From assembly GCA_013112575.1 (NCBI GenBank), contig JABFGG010000003.1, forward strand, positions 83,096 to 147,095: a stretch of DNA of 64,000 nt. The letters run 5' to 3'. The notes under the pieces are model-generated. The model did no database searches. It was not told the origin of the DNA and saw nothing but the letters and a program-made list of their open reading frames with translations. Position numbers and translations under genes: made by a program. Shown piece by piece: positions 1 through 8,599 of the stretch; the stretch's first letter is position 1; each line of letters starts with the position of its first letter. The stretch comes from Chloroflexota bacterium (lineage in GTDB: Bacteria > Chloroflexota > Anaerolineae > Anaerolineales > UBA11579).

Positions 1-1641
1 GTAAAGTCCGGTTCTAATGGCGATGTGCATGTGGAACTGAGCGGCAAGGAGTACTCTGCGCCCGAAATCTCAGCCATGATCCTTTCCAAGATCAAAGCAG
101 ATGCCGAGGCTTATTTAGGTGAAACCGTTACGCAGGCAGTGATCACCGTGCCGGCATATTTCAACGATGCCCAGCGCAATGCGACTAAAGATGCCGGCAA
201 GATCGCCGGACTTGAAGTCATGCGTATCATCAACGAGCCTACGGCCTCTTCACTGGCTTACGGACTTGACAAACAGCAGAACGAGCTGATCGCGGTGTAT
301 GACCTAGGTGGCGGCACCTTCGACATCTCCATCCTGGACGTCGGTGAAGGTGTCTTCCAAGTGCGTTCCACCAGCGGGGATACCTTCCTCGGTGGTGACG
401 ATTTCGACCAACGCATCATCGAACATCTGGCAGATGAGTTCCAGGTGGACCAGAACATGGACTTGCGCCAGGACCGCCAGGCACTGCAGCGCCTTAAGGA
501 AGCTGCTGAGAAAGCTAAGATCGAATTGTCCTCCACGATGCAGGCGGAGATAAACTTGCCCTACATTACGGCAGATGCCTCTGGGCCCAAGCATTTGGTG
601 ACCACACTGACCCGCTCCAAGCTGGAGCAGTTGACTGCAGACCTGATCGAGCGTTCGCTTGGCCCCGTCAAACAGGCGCTTAATGATGCCGAGTTGAAAG
701 CGGCAGACATTGACCAGGTGGTGTTGGTGGGTGGTATGACGCGCATGCCCGCTGTGCAGGAAGCTGTAAAAGGCCTATTCGGTAAAGATCCCCACAAGGG
801 TGTCAACCCGGATGAAGTGGTGGCGCTTGGTGCTGCTATCCAGGGTGGTGTGCTGGGCGGCGATGTTAAAGACATCCTGTTGCTGGACGTAACCCCACTG
901 ACCCTTTCCATCGAAACTTTGGGTGCCGTGGCTACACCGTTGATCGAACGCAACACCACGATCCCCACGCGCAAAAGCCAAATCTTCTCCACAGCCAGTG
1001 ACAACCAGCCGCAGGTAGAGATCAACGTGTTGCAGGGCGAACGCCCAATGGCCAATGACAACAAGACGCTTGGGCGTTTTATCCTCGATGGAATTCCCCC
1101 TGCGCCGCGTGGTGTACCGCAGATCGAAGTGACCTTCGATATTGATGCCAACGGCATCATCAACGTGACTGCTTCCGACAAGGCTACCGGCCGCAGCCAG
1201 AACATCACCATTACGGCTTCGTCTGGTTTATCAGATGATGAAGTTGAACAGATGCGCCAGGATGCAGAGACACATGCGGAAGAAGATCAAGCGCGAAAGA
1301 CTTTGATCGAAGCCCGCAACAATGCCGATAACGCCGTTTATTCAGCTGAGAAGACCCTCAAAGACCTGGCTGACAAAGTCCCCGCTGAAGTTAAAACCAA
1401 TGTAGAGGACTCCGTCGCCAAGGTACGCGAGGTCATAGATAGCGAAGATGCTGAAGAGATCAAAGCGGCTACTGATAAACTGATGGAAGAGATCCAGCAG
1501 ATCGGGGCCTCGATGTATGAGCAGGCCGGGCCCGAGATGGATACCCCTGATGCGGACGGGGCCAACGGTACTGGCGAAGAAGATGGCCCGGACGATGAAG
1601 ACGTCGTCGAAGGTGAGTTCAAAGAGACTGAAGAAGAATAA
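1..1641 (+). CDS. dnaK: Molecular chaperone DnaK (Hsp70); 5' end lies outside the window
   Basis: The frame is open from nt 1. Hsp70 hallmarks are present: [28 protein letters not shown] and an acidic C-terminal tail. dnaJ follows. Confidence 0.97.
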   Translation, partial: VKSGSNGDVHVELSGKEYSAPEISAMILSKIKADAEAYLGETVTQAVITVPAYFNDAQRNATKDAGKIAGLEVMRIINEPTASSLAYGLDKQQNELIAVYDLGGGTFDISILDVGEGVFQVRSTSGDTFLGGDDFDQRIIEHLADEFQVDQNMDLRQDRQALQRLKEAAEKAKIELSSTMQAEINLPYITADASGPKHLVTTLTRSKLEQLTADLIERSLGPVKQALNDAELKAADIDQVVLVGGMTRMPAVQEAVKGLFGKDPHKGVNPDEVVALGAAIQGGVLGGDVKDILLLDVTPLTLSIETLGAVATPLIERNTTIPTRKSQIFSTASDNQPQVEINVLQGERPMANDNKTLGRFILDGIPPAPRGVPQIEVTFDIDANGIINVTASDKATGRSQNITITASSGLSDDEVEQMRQDAETHAEEDQARKTLIEARNNADNAVYSAEKTLKDLADKVPAEVKTNVEDSVAKVREVIDSEDAEEIKAATDKLMEEIQQIGASMYEQAGPEMDTPDADGANGTGEEDGPDDEDVVEGEFKETEEE

Positions 1642-1652
1642 ACGAATCAACA

Positions 1653-1674
1653 GGGGCTAAGCATGCTTAGCCCC
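1653..1674 (+). terminator. Perfect 22-nt palindrome after dnaK (possible partial terminator)
   Basis: GGGGCTAAGCATGCTTAGCCCC sits 12 nt after the TAA stop. The downstream T-run is weak (tacatatttt). Confidence 0.4.
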
Positions 1675-1698
1675 TACATATTTTAAAGCAGGTAAAGA

Positions 1699-2823
1699 TT
1701 GGCCGAGAAACGCGATTATTATGAAGTGCTGGGCATCGGACGCGGTGCGAGCGGAGAAGAGATTAAGTCCTCGTTCCGCCGATTGGCGCGCCAGTATCAT
1801 CCAGATGTGAGTGAAGCCCCCGATGCCGAGGAGCGCTTTAAAGAGTTAAACGAAGCCTACGCAGTGCTCTCCGATGATCAGAAGCGTGCTGCATATGATC
1901 GCTTTGGACATGCCGGGGTGAATGGCATGGGTGGTGCGCCGGACTTCACGAACGTTGACCTTTCCGACCTGTTTGAAGAGTTGTTCGGCTTTGGCTTTGG
2001 TGGGCGACGCTCACGGCAATCTCGCAACGCGCCACGTAAGGGCCATGACCTGCAATACTCACTTAACCTTGAGTTTGATGAGGCTGTGTTTGGTGTCGAG
2101 AAAGAGATCGATGTCTTACGTGACGAGACGTGTACACGCTGCGAGGGCAGCCGCGCTGAACCAGGCTCGGACACGGTCACTTGCCCAACCTGCCGCGGGG
2201 CAGGCGAAGTGCGGACTCAAAGACAAACCCTGTTTGGCAACATGGTACAGGTAACCACATGCCCCACCTGCCGCGGTGAAGGCAAGACTGTTGAAAAGCC
2301 TTGCACACAATGTGACGGGCGTGGCCTGGAACGCAAGAGTGTCCACAAAGTGGTGGAAGTGCCAGGTGGTGTGGATAACGGCACACAAATACGGTTAGGT
2401 GGTGAAGGCCAACCGGGCATCAATGACGGCCCCAACGGTGACCTCTACCTGGCCATCAAGGTCAAGCCGCACAAATACTTCCGGCGGCGCAACAACGATA
2501 TATTGCTTGACCTTGACATCAATGTGGCTCAGGCTACTTTGGGTGCTGATGTTGAAGTGCCGACGGTAGATGGCCCGGCAACACTGACCATCCCCACCGG
2601 TATCCAACCAGGCAAGACTCTACGGATGCGCGGCAAAGGTGTGCCACATCTACGTGGCAATGGGCGCGGTGATCAATTGGTGATCCTTAATGTGGAAATA
2701 CCCAAAAGGATTGATGACAAGCAACGTGAGCTTTTTGAGCAATTGGCAGAAACCATGGGGAGTGAAGTTCGCCCGCAAGAGCGTAGTTTTGTAGATCGCT
2801 TGCGCGACCTGTTTGATGTCTGA
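1699..2823 (+). CDS. dnaJ: Co-chaperone DnaJ
   Basis: TTG start. J-domain (YYEVLG, HPD), a G/F-rich linker and four CxxCxGxG zinc-finger repeats are visible in the translation. Confidence 0.95.
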   Translation: MAEKRDYYEVLGIGRGASGEEIKSSFRRLARQYHPDVSEAPDAEERFKELNEAYAVLSDDQKRAAYDRFGHAGVNGMGGAPDFTNVDLSDLFEELFGFGFGGRRSRQSRNAPRKGHDLQYSLNLEFDEAVFGVEKEIDVLRDETCTRCEGSRAEPGSDTVTCPTCRGAGEVRTQRQTLFGNMVQVTTCPTCRGEGKTVEKPCTQCDGRGLERKSVHKVVEVPGGVDNGTQIRLGGEGQPGINDGPNGDLYLAIKVKPHKYFRRRNNDILLDLDINVAQATLGADVEVPTVDGPATLTIPTGIQPGKTLRMRGKGVPHLRGNGRGDQLVILNVEIPKRIDDKQRELFEQLAETMGSEVRPQERSFVDRLRDLFDV

Positions 2824-3739
2824 GACTGGCTGGTTAGAAGTCTCGATAATTGTAGATGGGGAGCTGGCAGAAGCCGTGGCTGAAGTGCTGGCGCGATATA
2901 CAAAGAATGGGGTGGTGATCGAAAGTACGGCTATAGACCAACCGGAGACAGGCGCAGGAACTGCCGTTGGGCCGATGCGAGTGTGTGCCTATTTACCTGC
3001 CGATGAAGAAGTGGAAGATAAAAAACAGCGCCTGTTAGAGGCGCTGTGGCATTTGGGGCAAATACAGCCTTTGCCCGAGCCAGAATTCAAACACATAGAA
3101 AACACAAATTGGATGCAAGCCTGGAAGGCGAACTACAAACCAATAGTAGTGGGGCAAGGATTGGTGGTATTGCCGGCCTGGATGGACGCAGCAGATAGCG
3201 AACGGGTTCCAATACGTATCGACCCCGGGATGGCTTTTGGCACAGGCACACACCCGACAACCCAATTGGCTTTAATGCTCATGGAAACTCATTTGCAAAA
3301 GGGGCAGGCGGCCATTGACATTGGCTGCGGGTCTGGGATCCTATCCATTGCCGCGGCTAAGTTGGGGGCAGGAGACGTACTTGGGGTGGATATTGATGCT
3401 GAAGCGGTTGAGAATGCGCAGAATAATTTGCTGGTAAATGATGTTACCGAGCAGGTTACTTTGGCGGTAGGTTCTGTACCTGAAGTAATGGCCGGACAGT
3501 ATGCCATAAAACAAGCCCCGCTGGTAGTCGCTAATATGCTGGCACATTTGTTGTTGAAAGTAATAGACCAGGGCTTAATTGATTTAGTCGCTCAGCAGGG
3601 AATATTGATCCTATCGGGGATTTTGGATGAACGCGAAGCTGAAATCAATCACGCTCTTGAGAAGCAGGGATTTGTTGTTGTAGAACGCCTTGAAGATGGC
3701 GATTGGGTGGGATTTGCAGCTAGACAGAAAGAAGATTAG
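2816..3739 (+). CDS. prmA: Ribosomal protein L11 methyltransferase PrmA
   Basis: SAM-binding motif [18 protein letters not shown]. Size and position after dnaJ fit. The ATG at 2816 is preferred over the TTG at 2813 and overlaps the dnaJ stop. Confidence 0.88.
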   Translation: MSETGWLEVSIIVDGELAEAVAEVLARYTKNGVVIESTAIDQPETGAGTAVGPMRVCAYLPADEEVEDKKQRLLEALWHLGQIQPLPEPEFKHIENTNWMQAWKANYKPIVVGQGLVVLPAWMDAADSERVPIRIDPGMAFGTGTHPTTQLALMLMETHLQKGQAAIDIGCGSGILSIAAAKLGAGDVLGVDIDAEAVENAQNNLLVNDVTEQVTLAVGSVPEVMAGQYAIKQAPLVVANMLAHLLLKVIDQGLIDLVAQQGILILSGILDEREAEINHALEKQGFVVVERLEDGDWVGFAARQKED

Positions 3740-3945
3740 CCTTTAATTTGCTATTTCTGGGGGTTACTTCATATTATAAATTTCATACCAACAAAATGTT
3801 CCGCCCCCTCAACCCAAACCTTACATCGCACACAATCGCACTAACTCGCAGATTTGTACATATGAATTGTGAGTAATCTGACAAGCATAGTCTGGTGAGA
3901 AAAAATCCAGACGTGCACCTTAATAATCAAATAGGAAAATACCGA

Positions 3946-5739
3946 CTAACCTGGGGTCCAATGAACAGCAACGGTTGTGCCAGAGCCTGGACCTGAATCA
4001 ATCTTCAACTCAGCCCCCAGTAGTTCTGCACGTTCCATCATGCTGGCAATGCCGTAATGTTTCTCTGCTAGCAACCCAGCAAGGTCCAGCCCTGCTTCGA
4101 AGTTAAACCCTGCCCCATTATCAATGACTTCCAGTTGGATAGCTTCACTTTCAATCGTGCCACTAACGAAAATGGTTTGAGCATCTGCGTGGCGGATGGC
4201 ATTTTCGCAAGCTTGCTGCACGATGCGAAACAGATGGGCCTCGACACGTTCATCGAAGCGGTGGGGACTAGGTGGTATGGTAACTTCAATTTCAGTGCCA
4301 TGGTTGGTGCGCTTGTTGAGGGTTTGCCCGAGTTCTTCAAAGGCAGTGTGCAAACCGTGGTTCAACATAGGGGGGCGAAGATCTTGCACTGTGCCGCGAA
4401 TGTGGTCGGTTAGCTTCTGGTAATCTTTTTGAAATTCACTAGAGACATTCCCACTCATCTTCATGGAAAGAACAGCCAATTCATTAAGCACATCGTCATG
4501 TAATTCGCGGGCAATGTGTTCCTTTTCATCTTCCTGGCGCTTGACATTGGCCATGTAGAGGGAACGCAGGTCGGTTGCCAATGAGATGTTAGACACTGCA
4601 ACTGAAGTTTGGTTTGCAAGAGTTTGCAGGAATGCGATGTCGCGTTGGGAATAAAAGTCTTCAGGGTCACGCCGGCCAAACAGCCAGAGGCCAATGATTT
4701 CCCCTTCAATGTCTAGGGGAATTATGAGACGTACCCAATCAAGAGCTGATTCAGTTCCGTTCTCGGAATGGATAGGAAGATATTTGCTGGTTTGTTCAAG
4801 AAGTGCTGGAATCTGACTTCTCTGAACTTTACGATTGTCCTGGACCCCTATGGATAAAATCCTGCTCCAGCTTCCTTCTTTATCTAAAAAGAGCAAACAC
4901 GATTGACGGATGAGCATGCTGGGGAGGATCGTTTCGGACAGCACTTGATTGAGCCTTGTGAGGTTCAAGCTTCCGGTGATCTCGCGAGCGTATGAATGCA
5001 TCAGGCCTTCGGGAGGAAGAGGTATACCAAGGACGCGCTCTTCCACAAAACGCTCAAAGCGACGGAAGCCTGAAACGGCAAAGATAACCGTTAGCACGGC
5101 TACAGATACCGCAATAGTCGTGCTGCTACCGGGGAAATCCACCCAGGCCAGTAGCAAAGGAGTAATGAAAGAGATGATGGTAGCAGCAAGGAATATAAAG
5201 AGGTAGACACTAATGATGCGGTTGGCGCGGAGTTCCAGCCCCCCCAGGCGATGCCGGAAGATGGCATAAAAGTATGCGAAAGGCATAATCGGAAGGGCTA
5301 ACAAGGCCCCGGCTATAACACCCGTAGTGGTATTAAAAACAGTGGTTAATGTCACGGCCAAGAGGGGAACAAAAGAAAACAAAATTGCCCAAAGCAGCAC
5401 CCGAATTGCACGTCGTTCGGCCGGGCGCAGTATGTAGTGCATAACTGCGAGAAGAATACTTGCTAAGACGGCTATAAAGAATGCTGTTAGATGCACGGAT
5501 TCAGGCAGAACGATTAAAAACTGTGAGATGGCGATCAGTACAAATCCAAAGTAAGTGACCAGCCAAAATCTTTTTGGCAGAGAAAACAGAGGTCTGGGGA
5601 AATTCCAGTGCAGATGGACATAAATGGGTATGGCTGTCCACAAGGTGGCACGGAATATAAGAAGTAATGATATTTGGCTGTGATTCCTGTGATGAACCAT
5701 AGGGCAGTTATGAAATTGAAAGCAATCAGCAACTTCCAC
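3946..5739 (-). CDS. Sensor histidine kinase, C-terminal portion (several TM helices, GAF-like segment, HisKA_3 H-box, HATPase_c); its 5' end is probably supplied by ORF 5535-6179 across a frameshift
   Basis: H-box IARELHDDVLNEL. N/G boxes ENAIRHA, DNGAGF and GPGSGT. The N-terminal half is hydrophobic. The first ~22 codons of the tracked ORF look non-native. Confidence 0.85.
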   Translation of the reverse strand: MEVADCFQFHNCPMVHHRNHSQISLLLIFRATLWTAIPIYVHLHWNFPRPLFSLPKRFWLVTYFGFVLIAISQFLIVLPESVHLTAFFIAVLASILLAVMHYILRPAERRAIRVLLWAILFSFVPLLAVTLTTVFNTTTGVIAGALLALPIMPFAYFYAIFRHRLGGLELRANRIISVYLFIFLAATIISFITPLLLAWVDFPGSSTTIAVSVAVLTVIFAVSGFRRFERFVEERVLGIPLPPEGLMHSYAREITGSLNLTRLNQVLSETILPSMLIRQSCLLFLDKEGSWSRILSIGVQDNRKVQRSQIPALLEQTSKYLPIHSENGTESALDWVRLIIPLDIEGEIIGLWLFGRRDPEDFYSQRDIAFLQTLANQTSVAVSNISLATDLRSLYMANVKRQEDEKEHIARELHDDVLNELAVLSMKMSGNVSSEFQKDYQKLTDHIRGTVQDLRPPMLNHGLHTAFEELGQTLNKRTNHGTEIEVTIPPSPHRFDERVEAHLFRIVQQACENAIRHADAQTIFVSGTIESEAIQLEVIDNGAGFNFEAGLDLAGLLAEKHYGIASMMERAELLGAELKIDSGPGSGTTVAVHWTPG

Positions 5740-6179
5740 AAATTGTCACGCGGGCGAATCAAGAGATACGTAATGAAGCCTATAAACCAAAAGAGCAGTG
5801 AAAGCAACGGGCTATTAAAAATGCGTGAAATAGCCGCACGGGTTGTAATTCCAAAATACGTCCAAGGAATGGTTAACTCTTGGCCGTTGCGCAATATAAG
5901 TAATTCGATCTGGTCGCCGACCTGCACATTACCCAGGAATATCTCATAGGGATCATCATGAAATGTTGTCATACTATGTTCGCCGACTCTGAGCAAAATA
6001 TCCCCAATCTGTAGTGTTTGGGAATTGCTATAGATATCTGTAACATCAAATGATCGGTTGGTAAAATCGAAGCCAGGATACGGGGAAAAGAGCAGATAGG
6101 CGAAAAAATAGAATAACAAGATCGCCAAGCTTATCCAGGGGAGATATTTGAATGATCGGTCTAAAAGATTGTTATCCAT
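5535..6179 (-). CDS. N-terminal portion of the same kinase: TM1, a ~90-aa PDZ-like extracytoplasmic loop, then further TM helices
   Basis: WISLAILLFYFFAYLLF (TM1), then IGDILLRVGE...VGDQIELLILRNGQELTI (PDZ-like), then hydrophobic helices. It overlaps ORF 3946-5739 by about 200 nt in another frame. Confidence 0.7.
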   Translation of the reverse strand: MDNNLLDRSFKYLPWISLAILLFYFFAYLLFSPYPGFDFTNRSFDVTDIYSNSQTLQIGDILLRVGEHSMTTFHDDPYEIFLGNVQVGDQIELLILRNGQELTIPWTYFGITTRAAISRIFNSPLLSLLFWFIGFITYLLIRPRDNLWKLLIAFNFITALWFITGITAKYHYFLYSVPPCGQPYPFMSICTGISPDLCFLCQKDFGWSLTLDLY

Positions 6180-6264
6180 AACCTAATAACCTGAGAGGAG
6201 GTTAATTTATTGTACTTTACTGCTGAAAAATCTTGATCAAGTAATTTCATAATATAAGGAGAAA

Positions 6265-6405
6265 ATGATGTTAAGCATGCAAGCTTTTTATACCCATTCT
6301 ATAGAGCAGAAGACAAATTATCTTGGAACCTTACAGCGGATTGCCCGCGCACCCCGAAAAGTCATAAAGGACCTCGCTGTTGCCTATGCATGGGATGCCT
6401 GGTAG
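6265..6405 (+). CDS. Unlisted 46-codon ORF; candidate ComX-like pheromone/RiPP precursor ending AYAWDAW
   Basis: Hand translation gives MMLSMQAFYTHSIEQKTNYLGTLQRIARAPRKVIKDLAVAYAWDAW. AAGGAG SD at 6256-6261, a strong terminator 16 nt after the TAG stop, and a position directly upstream of the prenyl-synthase-like gene. Confidence 0.5.
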   Translation: MMLSMQAFYTHSIEQKTNYLGTLQRIARAPRKVIKDLAVAYAWDAW

Positions 6406-6420
6406 TCCATAAATTTATTG

Positions 6421-6461
6421 AAAACAACAGCCAGGGAACTCTTCCCTGGCTGTTGTTTTTC
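6421..6461 (+). terminator. Intrinsic terminator between the mini-ORF and the prenyl-synthase-like gene
   Basis: AAAACAACAGCCAGGGAA (6421-6438) pairs with TTCCCTGGCTGTTGTTTT (6442-6459) around a 3-nt loop. The T-run leads directly into the GGAGGA SD at 6462-6467. Confidence 0.75.
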
Positions 6462-6472
6462 TGGAGGACAAT

Positions 6473-7465
6473 GTGAAATTTGAAGAAAGGATGTTTAAGT
6501 TTTTGACGCAATTGGCGGTAGTCGCAGCAATCCCTGACATTGGGAAAATCATTGAGCGCGCCAATCAGGAAATGCCACCTGCCTGGCCTCTGCCAAAACA
6601 TGTCTGCGCGGCGGTGGGAGGAGGTGAAAAGGAAGCTATTGAAGCTTCAATAGCCATCGCCTGTTGCCAGATAAGTATCATCCTGATCGATGATCTTTTG
6701 GATGAAGACCCGCGTGGTGAGCATCATCGGATTGGTGTGGGCAGTGCAGCCAATTACGCTTCAGCATTTCAGACAGCGGGTATAGAAGTAGTTCTAAATA
6801 GCAATATGTCTGAAAAAACAAAGCTGCTGGCTATTCACATAATTAACAGCATGATGCGTGATACCGCCGCGGGGCAGGAGATAGATATTCAAAATCCGGA
6901 TAACGAAGAAGCCTACTGGCAAATGGTGCGTGCCAAGAGTTCGCCCTATTTCGGAGCAGCCTTCGCTGTGGGGGCATTGTTTGGCGGGGCTTCCCCGGAA
7001 CTAGCTTACCAAATGAAAAAGCTAGGTGAATTGCATGGAGAGATCGTGCAGATCGGTGACGACCTGGAGGATACGATGGAGTCTCCGGCAGGCCCCGATT
7101 GGGGTAATGGGCGTTATACGTTACCTATTCTGTTCGCTTCGATCGTCGAACATCCAGAACGGCAGCTTTTCTTGGAGATAAGGAAAAGTGTTGAAACTGT
7201 TGCGGATTTGGAAGCCGCGCAAGACATCCTGATACGTTGTGGGGCAGTCGGTTATTGCCTGGACCAGATCCTGTGGCGCTATGAGCAGGCCAAACAAATG
7301 TGGTCGGAATTTGAATTGGACGACAGGTCCCCGGTTGAGGCAATCTTCCTTGAATCCGTCACTCCGGTGTGGAATTTGTTGGGCGGATTAGGTGAGGCCC
7401 TTCCTGAAGATTTCAGACCCAACTATGGTGATGTTACTCTTGATGCTCCGGTGACTGCGGGGTGA
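6473..7465 (+). CDS. Polyprenyl-synthetase-fold protein (candidate ComQ-like peptide prenyltransferase)
   Basis: GTG start 5 nt after GGAGGA. Two Asp-rich motifs, ILIDDLLDED and QIGDDLEDT, plus GQEIDI. About 330 aa, like trans-prenyl diphosphate synthases and ComQ. Confidence 0.8.
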   Translation: MKFEERMFKFLTQLAVVAAIPDIGKIIERANQEMPPAWPLPKHVCAAVGGGEKEAIEASIAIACCQISIILIDDLLDEDPRGEHHRIGVGSAANYASAFQTAGIEVVLNSNMSEKTKLLAIHIINSMMRDTAAGQEIDIQNPDNEEAYWQMVRAKSSPYFGAAFAVGALFGGASPELAYQMKKLGELHGEIVQIGDDLEDTMESPAGPDWGNGRYTLPILFASIVEHPERQLFLEIRKSVETVADLEAAQDILIRCGAVGYCLDQILWRYEQAKQMWSEFELDDRSPVEAIFLESVTPVWNLLGGLGEALPEDFRPNYGDVTLDAPVTAG

Positions 7466-8108
7466 TTAAGCCTTTTTTACGGGCTTCTTCGATTGCAGCC
7501 GGGAGATTGCGTACACCCAGTTTGGCATAGGTGGTCGAGAGCAAATTGCGAACGGTGGAGTGAGCGATATGCAACTCCTCTGCAACTTTGGACGTCGATA
7601 GGCTGGGATCGTTGGCAAAATAATTCAGCACTTCCAGTTGCCTGGGTGTAATAATCTTTTTATTTGGGCTATCAATCAATTCTCGGGCAGCTTCGGAGAC
7701 AAAAATTGATCCAGCATTCACCTGACGTATGACCTCATCAAGCTTGCGTGTGACTTCCATGTCATCCTTGAGAACGAAACCGGCTGTGCCTACATCCAGG
7801 GCGTGTTGGATCAAATAACTCTGTTTATGCATAGATATCACTAAAACCCTGGTCCCTGGATGTTTACGCACGATCTCTGGAAGCTTATCAACCATTGGGT
7901 AGGTGCTGTCATCTTCCGCTGAAACGGGCACGGTGATGTCAAGTAGCAACACATCTATACCACCTTGCGCCAGCATGGGCTCTAATTCTGCGCCATAAGT
8001 TGCTGTTGCCACAACCTCACAGTCTGGTGCCTCACTTAAACGAAATTTGTATCCATCAATGATACTGGCATGATCGTCTAAAATGGCGATACGAATAGTG
8101 TTAGGCAT
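7434..8108 (-). CDS. NarL/LuxR-family response regulator (REC + HTH)
   Basis: IAILDDH...DVLLLDITVP receiver motifs. C-terminal LuxR-type HTH (LSTSKVAEELHIAHSTVRNLLSTTYAKLGV). The 3' end overlaps the convergent gene by 32 nt. Confidence 0.92.
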   Translation of the reverse strand: MPNTIRIAILDDHASIIDGYKFRLSEAPDCEVVATATYGAELEPMLAQGGIDVLLLDITVPVSAEDDSTYPMVDKLPEIVRKHPGTRVLVISMHKQSYLIQHALDVGTAGFVLKDDMEVTRKLDEVIRQVNAGSIFVSEAARELIDSPNKKIITPRQLEVLNYFANDPSLSTSKVAEELHIAHSTVRNLLSTTYAKLGVRNLPAAIEEARKKGLITPQSPEHQE

Positions 8109-8254
8109 TTTCTATCCCTCAACTTTTCTTTAAAGATAGCAGAGATTTGTGTATACAACAAGTGACAATCAATAATCAGTACAATTGTCTATTCTCATTA
8201 TGTTCTTAATTCGTTAAACTGGTTATTAATAATCAATTAACCTTGCAGACTGAA

Positions 8255-8289
8255 GCCATCAGTGGAGGGGGATCTACTGGTGGCTTTTT
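8255..8289 (+). terminator. Plus-strand intrinsic terminator with no adjacent plus-strand gene
   Basis: GCCATCAGTGG / CTACTGGTGGC stem (11 bp including 2 G-U pairs), 8-nt loop, then TTTTT. Confidence 0.5.
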
Positions 8290-8314
8290 ACTTTAAATAA
8301 GTGTATAATGAATC

Positions 8315-8361
8315 TGCACCTTCTAGCCTGCCCCCCTCAGGTTGGGAGGTGCATTTTTTTT
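8315..8361 (+). terminator. Second plus-strand intrinsic terminator
   Basis: TGCACCT...AGGTGCA outer stem with inner CCTG/CAGG pairing, followed by T8. Confidence 0.6.
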
Positions 8362-8437
8362 ATAGCTCTTTTCATTTACCTGTAATACTAGTTGTTTAGA
8401 AGAGGTTTTATTGAAGCTTTCTTGTTGATTTTGCCTA

Positions 8438-8466
8438 TTGACAAGGTCCTGTTATTTTCGTACACT
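8438..8466 (+). promoter_or_regulatory. Sigma70-type promoter of the ilv-leu operon leader
   Basis: TTGACA (8438-8443), a 17-nt spacer, then TACACT (8461-8466). It lies 23 nt upstream of the leader-peptide ATG. Confidence 0.5.
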
Positions 8467-8488
8467 GTCTGACAACTGTGTGAGAAAA

Positions 8489-8599
8489 ATGTTTATATTA
8501 AATTTTAGCGTACTCTTCAGCCTTATTTTGGTCAGCCTTGTGCTCGTTCTTATTATTAAGAGCGCATTTATGCATTGGGCAGCCATACCGGCTGAGTGA
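8489..8599 (+). CDS. Ile/Leu/Val-rich leader peptide (36 aa) of the ilv-leu operon
   Basis: Hand translation gives MFILNFSVLFSLILVSLVLVLIIKSAFMHWAAIPAE. 16 of 36 residues are I/L/V, and 11 of 12 at codons 12-23. A terminator lies immediately downstream. The SD is weak. Confidence 0.6.
   Translation: MFILNFSVLFSLILVSLVLVLIIKSAFMHWAAIPAE

Noticed and set aside
561-1211. Antisense or alternative-frame ORFs of 150-260 aa inside strong genes, for example 561-1211(-), 9765-10343(-), 13765-14430(-), 16080-16865(-), 52846-53370(+), 58181-58786(+) and 59241-59717(+)
   Set aside because: Each is fully nested in a confidently identified gene on the other strand or frame (dnaK, ilvD, leuA, leuC, MFS, mscS, flavin reductase). 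They have Arg/Ser/Pro-rich shadow composition.
6233-6240. TTGATCAA palindrome upstream of the mini-ORF, considered as a ComA-box-like regulator site
   Set aside because: It is only 8 bp, with no second half-site or repeat nearby, and it does not resemble the Bacillus TTGCGG-N4-CCGCAA box. It is too short to distinguish from chance.
8304-8361. TATAAT at 8304-8309 followed by the hairpin/T8, considered as a tiny sRNA gene
   Set aside because: A transcript from this -10 would consist of little more than the terminator hairpin (about 45 nt). There is no -35. It is more simply explained as a terminator with a chance TATAAT in AT-rich DNA.
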